Assembly (NCBI RefSeq): GCF_018350175.1 | Contig: NC_058368.1 | Coordinates: 189,474,001-189,538,000 of the forward strand | Origin: Felis catus | Lineage: Eukaryota | Direction: 5' to 3' | DNA length: 64,000 nucleotides | In this document: positions 1-13,400 of the stretch, piece after piece | How positions within the stretch are numbered: the first letter of the stretch is position 1 | Layout: the number at the start of each line of letters is the position of its first letter | Notes under the pieces: model-generated | Told to the model about the DNA's origin: nothing | The model's input: the letters and a program-made list of their open reading frames with translations, nothing else | Database searches by the model: none | Position numbers and translations under genes: made by a program

Positions 1-547
1 ATTTCTTCTCTGGAAGACGGTTACAACATGTGTATTCACTTTGTGAGATTCATAAAGCTATTTTCTGTTGTTTCATTTTGGGAAAACAGAGCTATATATA
101 GCGCTCTTTTCTGTATATATGTGGTAGTTTGAATAAAAATGCATTTAAAAAAAAAAAGAATTAACCTGGTTTGTTTTTCTCCATGTGATTGAAAGGTGGT
201 AAACATCTTCATATATACCCCAGCTCCAAATTCAAATTTCAGACTTGGTGAGGATTCCAAAGAAGGAAGTTAGACTACTTGTCCTTTCAAGTTCCTTTCA
301 ATCCTAAAATTCTGTGATAACTAACCTTTTTGAACACTGATAGAGAACTCAAGGTCCAGTTGGATTTCTTGTGCTAACCTCGGCCATTCTCAGAAGAGTG
401 AAATGAGGCAATTAGAGAAGACCATCTGCATCATCTTTCATAATGTCCACCTGCAAAGCAAGTAGGAACTTCCTATAAGTTGTGATGGTTTAGAAGAAAT
501 GGGTGTGGTAAAGAAATACTGTGGGTTTAAGAAATTCAGAGATTTCT

Positions 548-708
548 GGGGTGCCTGGGTGGCTCAGTCAGTTAAGCGTCTGATGTCGGCTCAGGTCATT
601 ATCTCGCGGTTTGTGGATTTGAGCCCCACATCGGGCTCTGTGCTGACAGCTCAGAGCCTGGAGCCTTCTCTGGATTCTATGTATCCCTTTCTCTCTGCTC
701 CTTCCCCA

Positions 709-760
<52 letters not shown>

Positions 761-790
761 AACAAACATTAAAAAAAAAGAAAAAAAGAA
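548..790 (+). mobile_element. CanSINE (SINEC, feliform type)
   Basis: tRNA-derived head GGGGTGCCTGGGTGGCTCAGTCAGTTAAGCG, body CTCAGAGCCTGGAGCC, (CT)n tract, A-tail; degraded TSD aagaaattcagagatttct / aagatactcagagattcct. Confidence 0.97.
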
Positions 791-1059
791 GAAGATACTC
801 AGAGATTCCTGAGCATTAGACCAGAAAACCAAGATCTAGATTTATAATAATAAAGCCTTCCATTTTTTTAAGGCTTCCTATATACCAGGCACTGGGTTTA
901 TTTATATATATTCTTTTTCACATATTCTTTCATTTAATACTTAGAACATCCTTTGAGATAGGTACAGACTGCCTCACTGTAAAGATGGTGAATCACATTC
1001 TCTGTCTGAGCCTCAGATTCACATCTGTTACCACTGGGAATAAAAGCCCATGCCCATAT

Positions 1060-1309
1060 AGCAGTGGTTATGAAAATAGGCCCTGGAACAAAAATATCAG
1101 GGTTCAAATCCCAGCTAAGTAACTTATGAGGTATGTAACCTTAGTAAAATATTTAATCTCTCTCCAAGTATATCCTCTGCAAAACATAATTATTAATAGT
1201 AATAATCATAACAGGATTATTATAAGAAGTACATGGCTACATATATATATATATACACATAGTATATATATATACACACACATAGTATATATATATATAC
1301 ACACACATA

Positions 1310-1353
<44 letters not shown>

Positions 1354-1405
1354 TATAGCGTTTAGAACTGTGCATGGCACATAGTTGGTCCTCAATCAAT
1401 GGTAG
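1060..1405 (+). mobile_element. MIR SINE interrupted by (TA)n/(CA)n microsatellite at ~1241-1352
   Basis: MIR hallmarks GGGTTCAAATCCCAGCT ... GGCACATAGT..CTCAAT flanking the dinucleotide run. Confidence 0.8.
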
Positions 1406-1624
1406 GTGTATATTAATGTAGATAATTTTTATATTATATATACGTATATACTCTTCGTAAGTGCTATATAACCAGCAAATATTACCTATTCAATTCACAT
1501 AATTTTTAGTAAAACAAAACTGTCAGTAATAGTTCTCTACTGGTTTAGAGTCTATTGGGGATATTTTGGTCTAGATTCCTAAAACCTAGAAGAAATAATT
1601 GTTATATCAGACTCCAAACTTCTT

Positions 1625-1833
1625 AAAATAATCTTTTTTACTTTTTTTAAAATTTATTTTTGACAGAGCACAAGTGGGGGAGGGGCAGAGAAAGGAGACA
1701 CAGAATCAGAAGCAGATTCTAGGCTCTGAGCTGTCAGCACAGAGCCCGATGTGGGGCTCGAACCCATGAGCCATGAGATCATGACCTGAGCCTAAGTTGG
1801 TCACCCACCCAAGTGAGCCACCCAGTCACCCCC
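1625..1833 (-). mobile_element. CanSINE (SINEC) inserted in an L2 3' end
   Basis: Reverse-complement SINE (AGGCTCTGAGCTGTCAGCACAGAGCCC...GAGCCACCCAG); TSD core ctccaaacttctt at 1612-1624 and 1837-1849; L2-like tail continues to ~1945. Confidence 0.95.
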
Positions 1834-2294
1834 AAGCTCCAAACTTCTTGAAAGCCAGGATCATGTCCATCTTGCTCATTATTACATCCCTGTAGCCAAT
1901 CACAATGCTTGACACACACGTACCACCTAACAAATATTTGAAAAATGTTTTATTAAATACTTCCCCAGTATACCTACCTAATCTCCTCACTTTGTATCTA
2001 TCCAGAAGAGGCCTGATTATTTACAGAACTTTTCTTTCAACCATAATAACCACAGATATTCCCTAACTTTTTTTTAAAAAGGAACAATTTTATAAGATAA
2101 ATATCTTTTCAAGAGGATTCACTGTGTGTTCTCAATATAACAAAATTTGACTTATTCTTATTTAAAATTCACCCATTCTCTAATGTCAGATATGATAGAG
2201 ACTTTCATCCTTAGAACATAAACTTCAAATGCATTCATTTGTTCTTTCATTTATTTGTTCATTTAGCAAGTGTTTATTAAAGACCTTTTATCTG

Positions 2295-3600
2295 TGTTTA
2301 GTGATCTCAGTTTTAAATTACAGAAAACTCAAACCGATTTAGTAATAAGGAACCTATGGCACATAACAGGAAGTCCACAGGTCCTTCTGCAGTCTTCTTA
2401 CTTGGTTTGATTCAGCAGCTCATTATGTCATCAAGGACCCAGATTCTTTCCATCTGTCCACCCTGTCATCCTTGGTGTTGGCTTCATTCACACTGTTAGC
2501 CTGATGACAATTGTTGCAGGCTGTGGCCAACTCTCGGTTACACTCTCTCCCACTTCTTCCTTTCTAAGGAAGCCCAGCTTTGTTCAGGTATCAGGCATCA
2601 GTGTACTTCATTAACTCCTCCTAAATCTGGTTGTTAATTATCTAAGCCAATTATGGGCATTCCATTTGTCTTCCCACAATTGTTTGAAGAACGCACATGT
2701 AACAAAATCTTGGCAATGTAAGGGGAAGTCAGCCTTGGCCCTTCTAATGTTTTCCACACTCCTACAAAGGGACACAAGTCAGGAACTTTCCCCATTTCCT
2801 GCCTCAAAACAGTCTTTACTCTCCTGTGTGAAATGATTCCCGGAGCTGCTATGACCATCTTGTCACCACAAAGAAAGCTACCAACACACATTACAGAAAT
2901 ATGGAAGGAAATGTGTACCCCTGTAATTAACCAATGTTGGAACTGTCCTACCTCTGAACTCATTGCTATGTGATAAATTATAAAATAAACCCATAAAGCT
3001 GATTTTAGTTGGGTCTTCAGAAAATTATAAAGCACTATGAGATATATATAGTTATCACTATACAAACACAGCTATTTCCAGAGGAAAGAAAAAAAATCTA
3101 AGGATTTCTTTTAAAATAGAATAAAATTAGGGGCACCTGGGTGGCTCAGTTGGCTAAGCATCCGACTTTGGCTCAGGTCATGATCTCACAGTCCATGAGT
3201 TTGAGCCCCAAGTCAGGCTCTGTGCTGGCAGCTCAGAGCCTGGACCCTGCTTCAGATTCTGTGCCTCCCTCTCTATTTCTCTACCCCTCCCCCACTCATG
3301 TTATGTTACTGTCTCTCAAAAATGAATAAGCATTAAAAAAAATTTTTTTTTTAAATAGAATAAAACTTAACCTCTCTCCTTCCTACCCCACTTTCTCTCA
3401 ATTCTGATTCACCAGTAATGAGTCATATGCTTACAGTCAAACCAATCACAGGCTAGAGGAATTGGATTACCCTAAATCCATTCAGACTTCCCCCTGTGGT
3501 CTGGGACTGAGGTCAACTGTGACTGAGGTAGCTGGCTGCATAGGGGAGGGGTGACTGCCTGAATAAAAGTGAGTTCTGTTAGCAGGAAGAGGTGGGATAT
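2295..3600. mobile_element. Nested old LTR fragments (MaLR MLT1-like interrupted by an ERVL LTR16/33-like piece and a SINE)
   Basis: MLT1-type motifs GACCCAGATTCTTTCCATCT (2436) and AACCAATCAC..GGATT (3440); LTR-like 3' segment at ~2940-3060. Confidence 0.5.
3130..3352 (+). mobile_element. CanSINE (SINEC)
   Basis: GGGGCACCTGGGTGGCTCAGTTGG head, typical body and tail; TSD aaatagaataaaa on both sides. Confidence 0.97.
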
Positions 3601-4067
3601 TAGGTATTCATGTGCTGTATCCTGCTTATTACCAAATGCACACTGTGTATTGTGTACCGGACTTGGGACTCCTCAGTGATAGGAAACATTTAGCACAGCT
3701 CTACTTCAGTAATCAAATTAAAATCTGCATCCTTCTTCAGGACCCTATTTTTGGAATCTTAACATTTCTTAAATCTAAGGCAAGTCAAATCTCTAACAAC
3801 ACTGCTTGGGCTCAGTCCAAATGTGGATTTTGCTAACAGATTTTATTTAAGTAAGGTCAAAGTAGGTTTCTTCCTACCTCCCACTAATTTTGCAGAGCTG
3901 TAGAAACAATTCTTAAGCATATTGCTATATTCAGAAGTACTAACTTGCTTCTAGGCACATTTCTAATACTCTCACTTCCGATCAAACTTTTCTCAATGTA
4001 AATTATATGACTTCCTGGAGGTTAGGAAGCGATTCCCCAAATTGGAAGGAGCTTCTTTTTCTTCTTT

Positions 4068-4305
4068 GGAGGTAGTAATGGTATAGTGGTTAAGAGGGGT
4101 TTCAAATCCCTGCTCTTCCACTAACTAGGTGGTCCTTGGGCAAGTTGCTTAACCTCTCTATGCCTTAATTTCCTCAACCATAAAATGTAAGTGATAATCA
4201 TAGTTCTTACCTCATAGAGTTGTAGAAAGTATTAAATTAGTGCATGGAAAGTGCAAAGCATAGTACAAGAAAACAAAATGTTATCTCAATAAGTATTAAC
4301 TATCC
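4068..4305 (+). mobile_element. MIR SINE
   Basis: TTCAAATCCCTGCTCT..CCTTGGGCAAGTTGCTTAACCTCTCT..CTACCTCATAG core. Confidence 0.88.
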
Positions 4306-5616
4306 ATAATGTTTCTCTCTTTATCTCCATCTTCTCTTGCTCACGATATCATCACAATTAGCAGAGTTAGTTGACTGACCTTTCTGATTGGGTGTTGTCA
4401 GTCAATCAAATAGCTTGAATTTCTTTTTTCCCATTTGGTTAGACAAATTCACTATTTGGTATTATACTTAGGTTGGCCAATTAAATGGGAAAAATATATA
4501 ACATTTATATGGTAATTGTCTCTACCCTGAGCTTTTTGGGAGGTCGTAGGACTGAGCCTTTCTGGACCAGGCCTCTGGAGTCGAAGTGGCTTCCTTCTCT
4601 TCAGGCTACATTGCTGGCTTTGAGCCAGTTTGTCTCCACAGTCTCAAAAAGCCCAAGCTCCGAGAGTGCCTTGGGGATTCAACTTCATTGACTCGCAAAA
4701 TCAAAATATACAAATTCCCCTTTTAAACCATGATATATAACTGGGAGAATATTGCCTCTCCACTGCATTAGGGCCCGCCCTATTACCTTATGGAATTACC
4801 CACAGTGGCAGAAATCCATTCACCTGATCCACTGACACCCTGGGGGCAGCTCAGATAGCATAAAGCCAATTGATAGATGTATATTTGATATATATTTTAT
4901 GCCTGGAATTTATGTCTTCTGCATGTTTCATTTGCCATTCTGACTCACTTTATGCCACAGGAGAACTAGGGAAATTTCAAAAGGGACTGAGAAAGAAACG
5001 CATGGAAGAACAGTGTGGAAATCAAAATAACAATTTATCTTTCTGATCTAGGACCTCACACCTGAGCATCCTGATCAGCTTTGAAGCAAAGAGAGTATTC
5101 CCTTCCCCCTCCTCCTAGGAAAGGATTATGAGAAGGAGAAGAGCCAAACCTAAAAGAATGGGAAAATCTTTTTCCTCCAAACCAGTAGCTGATCCAGGCC
5201 TCCACTACAAAGTGAGGACATTGGGGTTAAGGGAGCAAAGATATAAACAATAATAGAACTAAAGGTGTGCATTTTATTCTATATAGTTATCAAGACCTCA
5301 CCACATATTTGAGCTCATTTCACTCTCAAGGTAGTCAACATTGGTATTTTCAGCCCCATGTTACTGATGTTGGAGAAAAGAGAATGACTTGCCTAAGATC
5401 ACAGCTTATGGCAAAACTGGAACTCAGATCCACCCTTCTACCCCTCTAGTGTGTGTACAAATTATGACACATAAAAATTTTAGAAGACTTCATAAGCTCC
5501 TATATATAGGGAGAGAATTCATCATCATGTGTACTATTCAAAGTCCTATTATGTGTCCTATGTTTTCCAACAGCTTAATTAAAAAAAAAAAAGAATTTAT
5601 ACCAATTTATAACAGC

Positions 5617-5618
<2 letters not shown>

Positions 5619-5662
<44 letters not shown>

Positions 5663-5668
5663 ACACAC
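5619..5668. repeat. (CA)n microsatellite
   Basis: Directly visible AC dinucleotide run with one interruption. Confidence 0.99.
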
Positions 5669-6129
5669 TAATTCAATCCTCATAATAACCCTATGAAAGT
5701 AAAGCAAGGGAATCTGACTCTAGGAACTGTGCTCTTCACTACTCCACAACACCACTTCTCTGTCAACTCATGAATGGAGAAATGGAAGGCTACACTTAAA
5801 AGATCTCCTATTGGCTCAATACCTGGCATATTAAGAACAGGGCCTAGGGAAAAACAAAAATCAACTGACCCAGTCCCTTTGATTAATTTCCTTTGTTCCA
5901 TTGGAGCTAAACTGCTCCATTGGCCTTGGCTACCTAGGATGGCAACCATTCATTTCACTTCACCACATAATTATTGAAAACAAAGCTCTGTGCTTGGGTC
6001 TGGTAATTCAGTATGAACAAAATAGACAGCCTCATCCTTGTAGAGCTTATAGCCTGAAGGGTAGAGTAGATACCAAGCTAGTATTAAGAGTGAAAGCAGT
6101 GAGGCAGCTAGCCTTTTTCATAGACTCTC

Positions 6130-6996
6130 CACTGAAAGAGAATGAAGAAGTCATATATCTGGCCCAACTGATGCAGAAATTTTTTCTACAGTCTCTCCTA
6201 CAGATGGTCATGCAGCCTCTGCAAGAATCCTCAATTCCAGAAATCTCCCCCTTCCAACAGCAGTGCATTCCAGTTTAATCTACAAAGCCTTTTCATATAT
6301 TGAGTCTACACTTTCTGCTTTGTAATATCTGCCATTGTTTCAAATATATCTTCTGCATCCCACAGAACAGGATCTATCCCTCTTCAACAGAGTAGTCCTT
6401 CAGCATGTTTGAGGATTGCCAACAAGTGACCCTCAAGTTTTCTCATTTTAAAACTAAACTCCTTGGGGCACCTGGGTGGCTCAGTTGGTTAAGTGTCCAA
6501 CTTCGATTCAGGTCATGATCTTGCGGTCTGAGTTCGAGCCCTGCATCGGGCTCTGTGCTGACAGCTTAGAGCCTGGAGCCTGCTTCTGTGTCTCCCTCTC
6601 TCTCTACTCCTCCCCTGCTCATGCTCTGTCTCTCTCTCTCTCACACACACACAAAAATAAGTAAACATTAAAAAAATTTAAGAATCAAAACAAAATGAAA
6701 CCCTCAAACATTATGTTTTAGGCCATGGATTCCCAAACTCTTTTCTACTAGGGGTTCTATCAAGTCTGCCAATAACTAAAGTAAAAACCTACAAAGAATA
6801 CTTTAAATGGAGTCTGACCAATAAGGTAAAGTAGAACCATGACCTACCTTGACAAGGACCCTGTGCCCCTATTAATTACTGCATTTATTGTTTTTGTTTC
6901 AATACTCACCACACAGAATTGGCTCATGTTGGACTCAGCTAATAACCCATGTTTTCAAAGTCAGGTGCTCCTCAAACCTCTGTTTGGACAACTAAT

Positions 6997-7028
<32 letters not shown>

Positions 7029-7150
7029 GTGCATGCAGGGCTTTACATTTCCCTCTGTTAATCTTGGTGAAACTCAGATCACAGTGTCATCTTTGTACTC
7101 ATTGAATAACCTGTCTTAGCTTCACAAAAATGATTTTCATAAGAAATCTT
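6130..7150 (-). mobile_element. L3/CR1 LINE fragments interrupted by a SINE and poly-T
   Basis: CR1-like motifs (TCCCTCTTC..AGTCCTTCAG; TGCAGGGCTTTACATTTCCCTCTGTTAA), highly diverged. Confidence 0.5.
6465..6690 (+). mobile_element. CanSINE (SINEC)
   Basis: GGGGCACCTGGGTGGCTCAGTTGGTTAAG head, GAGTTCGAGCCC B-box, CT/CA tract, A-rich tail. Confidence 0.97.
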
Positions 7151-7534
7151 TTCAGACTAAGCATTTGATAAATTGCATAGTCTTTTCGTAAGACTTCAGA
7201 GCTATGGAGAAAGATTCCATTGTATGGCACTTCATATGAAAAATCTTTTCTCTGAAACTCTCTACTCTCCTCACTACCAACTCTAGGACCTGTGTCTCAG
7301 CTTCCCCTCACAGATCACAGCTTTTCTAACTCCTGCCCACCTGACCCTTCTCCACCATCCCAACTCCAACCAAATTCTTCTCTCCTCTATTATGACAATA
7401 CAGTTCACTCCCAGCTCCAACCAAAATGGTACCTCAACATGCAGAGTCAGAAAATAAAATTAAATGTAAAATCTCCCTTTATGTAAAAGGTCTACTCTCC
7501 TTAGAAGTAAATTCATGTAGATGGATGGTAATCA

Positions 7535-7800
7535 GTATTCAGAAAGTATTTATACTTTGGGTCAGGCACTGAGCTCCTGGAAAGGTACAATATCAGACAC
7601 AATCCTGGACTCCATGGCACTTACCACCTAATAGGAGAAGATAGATAGCAATCAACTAAACATACAGTCCGTGTAAATTACAGTCATAACAAGCTCTGTG
7701 AAGAAAAGACAACTCCAGATCATTGAAGGGTTTGGTGTAGTCAGAGGGTCAGAAAGGGATTCTCTTAGGAAGCAGTGAATGACCTGAGACTGGGGAAGAG
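7535..7800 (-). mobile_element. L2 LINE 3' fragment
   Basis: CAGGCACTGAG...AGACACAATCCTGGACTCCATGGCACTTAC pattern of antisense L2 end. Confidence 0.65.
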
Positions 7801-8334
7801 GGATTAACAAGAGTATTCATTGTCACTTATTTACAATGCTGAAAAACTGGAAGCAACATAAATGTATCTATAAAGGAACCATTGTGACATTAATTTGTGG
7901 AACATCCACATGACAGACTATCAGAAATCCATTAAGAATTAAATTTTTGACAGCTAAGATATTATAAAAAGAAAACATGCAAACCAACATAACTTTAAAA
8001 ATATTAATGTAAAAAGTCCTAAATAAAACATTAACAATGAGAATCCTGAAGTACATTATGCATATTGATTCATTCCAGGAATTCAAAAGTATTTTAATCT
8101 TAGAAAATCCATTAATGAAATTCATCATACAAATAGGTCAAAGGAGAAAACTATGATTACCAAAAAAAAAAAAAAACCTGTCAAAAGCATTTGATAAAAT
8201 TTAAATCCATCTCCAAGTTAAAAAAAATTACTTTTTGAAAAAAGACATACATGTCCCCCCAAATTAACAATCATAGTAACTAGTGAGACCCAAGAAACAT
8301 CCCCATTAAAGCCACCAATATGACATGCAGTGTT

Positions 8335-8520
8335 CTTTTTCTTTTTTAAGTATAGTTGACACACAATTTTATGTTAGTTTCAGGCATACTACATGGTGAT
8401 TTGGCAAGTCTGTATGTTATACTTAAGCTTACTACAACTGTAGCTACCATCTGTCTCCATACAGTATTATAATATCATTCACTATATTCTCTACACGGTA
8501 TCTTTTATCCCCATGACTTA
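8335..8520 (-). mobile_element. Carnivore L1 3'-end fragment (L1MA9/L1_Carn-like)
   Basis: poly-T followed by AAGTATAGTTGACACACAAT..TTAGTTTCAGG; same motif at 46455 and 47120. Confidence 0.88.
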
Positions 8521-8544
8521 AAACAAAAGAATAAACAAAATATA

Positions 8545-8747
8545 GGGGTGCCTGGATGGCTCAGTCAGTTAAGCATCCAACTCTTGATCTCAGTTCAGGT
8601 CATGATCTCACAGTTCGTGGGTTTGGATCCTACATCAGGCTCTGCTGACAGTGCAGAGCCTGATTAAGATTCTCTCTCTCTTTGTCTCTCTGCTCCTTCC
8701 TCACTCTCTCTCTCTCTCTCTCTCAAAAATAAAAAAACACTAAAAAA
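8545..8747 (+). mobile_element. CanSINE (SINEC, older subfamily)
   Basis: GGGGTGCCTGGATGGCTCAGTCAGTTAAG, CTCTTGATCTCAGTTCAGGTCATGATCTC, CT tract, A-tail. Confidence 0.95.
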
Positions 8748-10334
8748 TTGGTTTCTAAAAAAATAACAAAAAATAAAAGAAAAACATTAATAAAGTGGTT
8801 GTTTACAAAAGAAATACACAAAAATCCATACTATTCTTATAAACTAACAAAACTCTAGTAACTTAAAATTTTTGATGCTAAAATTTAAAAAAAGGCAGAC
8901 AAATGATATAGACAAGATAGAAGAGAAATAGGCTCAAATATGCATGAAAATTTAATGTGTAATAAAGAACACACTATGGTGATCATTTGTAGAAGCTATA
9001 TATGTCAGAATTTATCAAATACAACTAAAGCAGAGATCTGTAGTAAAGATGAAAGAATAAAATTAGATTAAATGACCAAATCAAAAGTTTGAAAAAGAAC
9101 AAAAGAAACCAAAACAAAGCAGAAGGAACAAAACAAATAGCAAAAAACTAATACTTTAGAAAAGAGGAAAAGATAAAACTAATAAATTAAAAAGCTGGCA
9201 TTTCAAGAAATCCATAAAATAAACAAACCACTAGCTCAGTTAATCAAGAAAAAGAAATGGGAGAAAATACAAATATACAAAGTAAGAAACAGTGAAAAGC
9301 AAACAGAAAACTGAAAACATCATTAGAAAATACTTTGTATAATTCTGTGTAATAAATTTGAAAACCTAAATAAATGGACGATTTTAAGAAAATACAACTT
9401 ACTAATGTGATCCCAATAGACAAAATTTAAACAGACCAATTTCCTAGAAGAAAAAAAAAAAGAAATTATCAAAGACCTACCACAAAACAAAACGACAAAA
9501 CAAAACAAAGCAACAAACAAACAAAGCAGCAGGCCTAAATAATTTCATATAGAAACTGGACCCTCAAAGAAAACATAATCCCAGTGTTATTTAACTTCTA
9601 GAAAATAGAAAAAGAAGGAAAACTTCTCAATTCCCTTTATAAGACAAGTATAACATTGACACTTGAATCTGGTAAAGATTGCACCAAATAACTACAGACC
9701 AATCTCACTTGTAAACTTGGACACCAAAATAAATCAAATATTAGCGAACACAACCAAATAGCTAATTAAAGTAATGCTCTGGCCATGCAAGGAGAGTTCA
9801 ACATGAGATTTATTAATATAATTCACCATGCTAATAAATCAAAGGGGGAAATCATAGAAGTATATACACTGAGAAGGCATTTAACAAAACTCAAATTTTT
9901 GTGAAATTTATAAAATTGCAAATTAAAAAAAAATTAAAATACGGGAACCAATAAAAATATTGGTATTCCTGGCCTGTTCCTCCTGAGGACAAGGCACACT
10001 CCCTCCAGCAAGGAAGACAAAAGTAGCTATGACAGAATGCACTGTATGCAGGTGGGCATCTGCTGCATTAGGGAACACGCTGCAAAATATCACCCCCACA
10101 GACTACTTGCAAAATGCAAAGGGAAAGGAAAAATATACCTTTACAATGGAGAAATCTGGCCAGGTAGTTTCATGTGTATCATCTAATGTAATCCTTCTGA
10201 CTACCACCTAAGAGATAGGTAAAAGCATCTCTACTTCAGAGATAAAAATTTGAGGAGCAGAGATGTTTAGTGGCTTACTCAGAATAAAGAGGTTGGGTTT
10301 ACATCCAAACTATTCTAGTTCTAGGTCACTCTCC

Positions 10335-10335
<1 letters not shown>

Positions 10336-10426
<91 letters not shown>

Positions 10427-10470
10427 TTCTTTCTCTCTTTCTCTCTTTCTCTCTTTCTTTCTTTCATCTT
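10336..10470. repeat. (TTTC)n tetranucleotide microsatellite
   Basis: Long perfect TTTC run degrading to CT-rich sequence. Confidence 0.99.
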
Positions 10471-10589
10471 TCTAGCTTTCTTTGTCAGGGATCTTCACTG
10501 GCCAAACCCAAAAGTAAGCCAGAGGGCAGGTGGATGAGAAGTGTAAGGTACACACTTGGAGGGGCTAATGCAAGATGACGGGCATATCC

Positions 10590-10720
10590 CATCTCTTAAC
10601 TGTAAGATGAGGATAATAAGAGTCCCTGCCACAAGAGTTGCTCAAGGATTGAATAAGATATTGTAAACATCTCAGCACCTCCTTGGCATTGATCAAACTC
10701 TCAACAAATGTTAGCCATGT
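10590..10720 (+). mobile_element. MIR 3' fragment
   Basis: CTGTAAGATGAGGATAATAA...AACAAATGTTAGC. Confidence 0.75.
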
Positions 10721-12386
10721 GAAAGACTGTTATTAGCTTGCATTGGTTAAATGTCCTGAATCAAATAGACTTCATTTTTTAGTAAGAAGTTTGGCTTTGA
10801 TACTTAAAGAACCAAAAGCTGCAGAGAAATGACAGAGCTGGCTCCATCCATCAATATCAAGTGAAAAAACAGTGAAATATCATAAATAAACCAACATCTA
10901 GGCAGAGAAGGATGCCAATAAAACGAGCAACACTGATTTCCCCTCAAAACAACACTTTAAATCTATTTTTAAAAGTTGTGCCAATGAGGAGTCTTACTAA
11001 GGGAATATCTTTTTGAGCTGTGGTCTCATTCTGAGAATATTCTCTGCCCCGTCTTGTAAATGGTAAAGTTCATACTTAATAATTTTGGTCATAAATGACC
11101 ACCTAAATATGTCAGAAATAATCTTGCATCTGTGACCCTTAGAGCTGAAAATATAGATGAATGTAATTAACCTACTTCCAAAATTGAAAAAAAAAATCTG
11201 CTCTATTCTCTCCTGATTTGGGAACATATGGTGTCAGATTACATGGTTGGCACCTGGCTGACTGCTGGGTCCATGTGTCGCATTCTAACACAAACAGGCA
11301 GAGACGCAAAGCCTGCCCAGAAGAGTCACCAGCCAAATCCAAAATGGGCAGCTCAAGCCACAAGCTCGGCCAGAAATTGCTATTAACATCCTGGTGGAGG
11401 AAATAGAGCTCTCAGCACCACCCTCTGAGCCCAGTTTCCCCTCTTGCCCCATGACCTCCTTCCATAAACATCTTGAGAAGGATCCATGAGGTTGGTTTCT
11501 CCGTTGACGCACATCATCAACACCCCTGGCTCTATTTATCAGGGAGAAATTGAATTGGCCTCAACTCATTTTTGGGGTTGACTCTCTTAAGTTAAAGCAT
11601 TCTGAAGCAAGTAAATCCAACCAAATGCTTTCCATACCAATTAAAGGTGTGCTTGTCATTCTCCCCACCAAAGCTCCCAACTTCTGGCTTGTTTATACTG
11701 AGTGAAGGACATTCACCTCCAGCCTAGTACAAAGAAAGCAAAGAGTGTCTGTGGCTTCCTGGTCTCACTTTTCTGTTCTCTCTCCATCTTATTGTAGTCC
11801 CCAGCTCTGTCTCTGTAAATCAATTCAAACTACTGATGCACCATGAGACTGAGTATGCTCCATTTACACTCCAGTCCCCCAAATTGCCCATTACAATACT
11901 GAATGTCATTAAATTATATTATTCCTTCCTGCTTATGATTATTTTATTCCTGTTTTTTGCTTCTTTTTTTGAAATGTGCCCACCCGTTTCGGGCTGAATC
12001 ATGGATAAAGAGCTCACATCTGCTTTGGGAATCAAGAAACCCCAAGGAACTAGGTGGAGTTAGTATAGTAAGAATGAAAAGGAGCCTAGGGATAGAGACC
12101 AAGGGCGGCAGATGGATGGCTGTTTTGGCTCACCTGAGTCATTCCTTTACAACAGGCTGGGAGGTAGAAGACATTAGTGACAAGGAGGAAAGGTCACTGA
12201 AGGAATTAAAAACTGGGTCTTTTCAACAAGCTGGAAGGATCTCGAAAAACAAAGAGAAAAGGCCAGCCACATGCATTAGCAAGAAATATAACCCCCCTGT
12301 CCTCTTTTCAGTATATATTTTCTGGCCAGAACAAGATACTTGTATGGAGAACTGTTCTCTTCTTTCCATACCCCGGTCTTGGTAGT

Positions 12387-13400
12387 TGTGGTAGACATCT
12401 GCTGTTCCTCTCTGCGCAGAGTCTGTTTCCCATTTCTTCTGTTAATAACACTTCCTTCTCCTCAATGGAAGGCTCCTTTCCTATTCTAGGTGATTGTTAT
12501 GGGACTGCCAATCCTAACATCTTGTCCCCCCACCTGTCATCCCTGGCCACAGGGATAGGCATTGGACCCAAGTACATGAGACAGTTTCTCATTTTGCTGG
12601 TGTAAGTGAATTAATCCCAAGAAATAGGCATGTAACCCAAGCCAGGTTAATGAAAACCTTCCCTGAAATTTATATAAAACAGGTGTCTAGGAGAGAAGCA
12701 TTCTTTTTCCTATGGTGCCATCAAGGAACATGTAACATGTTACATGGGAACATGTAAAATGCAAGCTGCCTGTGCCATGCCCCCTGCTATGTAGAGGAAA
12801 CCACTACACAGTCTCTATGAAGAGGTCCAGAGATGGGAAAGGTATGGTGGAGAGAGAGAGAAATGGGGTAGAGGAAAAATGAGTTGGAAGAGAGACAAGA
12901 GAAAGACAGATGAAAGAGAGGTTGGGGAGAAAGAATGAGGGGAGAGAGATGGAAGAATAGAGAGAGATGGAGGAGAGAGAAAGACAAAATGGGAGACAGA
13001 AAGATGGAGAAGTGGGTAGAAATGGGGTGAGAGAAGGATCAAGAAGAGAAAATGGAGAGAGCACAACAGGAGAGAGAGAGTGGGGAGAGAGAGAAATGGA
13101 GAAGAGAGAAATGAAATATAGAGTGATATGGGGAGAGAAAGATGGGGAGGGAGGGATGAAGGGAAAGAGATAAATGAGGGAGAGAAAAAAGTAAAAATAA
13201 TCAGTAAGAAAGAAACAGGGAGAAACAGATGTGAAGCAAGAGATGAGAAGTGGGGAGGAGAAAAGACAGAAGCCTGATGACATCGTTTGAGGTCCTGCTT
13301 ACAGTCCACCCTTGAGGTCACCTGAATGTTCATATGTTCTACTTTATAACAAAGTTTGAGTTGGATCCTATGTTACTTGCAACCAAGAGTGATGACCACT
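12387..13400 (+). mobile_element. ERVL LTR16-like solo LTR with expanded internal GA-rich tract
   Basis: Starts TGTGGTAGACA; contains GGCATGTAACCCAAGCCAGG; ends GAGTTGGAT..GTTACTTGCAACCAAGAGT, typical LTR16-family termini. Confidence 0.65.
12830..13270. repeat. GA-rich low-complexity tract
   Basis: Purine-dominated GAGA/GATGG/GGGGA units over ~440 bp. Confidence 0.95.

Larger units (their letters stand above)
7820..10160 (+). mobile_element. Cluster of old L1 (L1M/L1ME-type) ORF2 and 3' fragments, at least two copies
   Basis: A-rich ORF2-like segments (AAAGCATTTGATAAAATT at ~8185; AACTACAGACCAATCTCACTT at ~9690; TAATCAAGAAAAAGA at 9241); the RT-region segment occurs twice. Confidence 0.8.

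Noticed and set aside
499..819. 106-aa ORF and similar MAQ(L/S)VK... ORFs at 3141, 6476, 25433, 34347, 36719, 37836, 40881, 42803, 43336, 48065, 55350
   Set aside because: All are translations of CanSINE bodies and (CT)n tracts (SLSLSL/RERERE), not genes.
12787..13333. Long overlapping ORFs (159 and 172 aa) rich in S/L/F/P
   Set aside because: Stop-codon scarcity in a GA/CT low-complexity tract.
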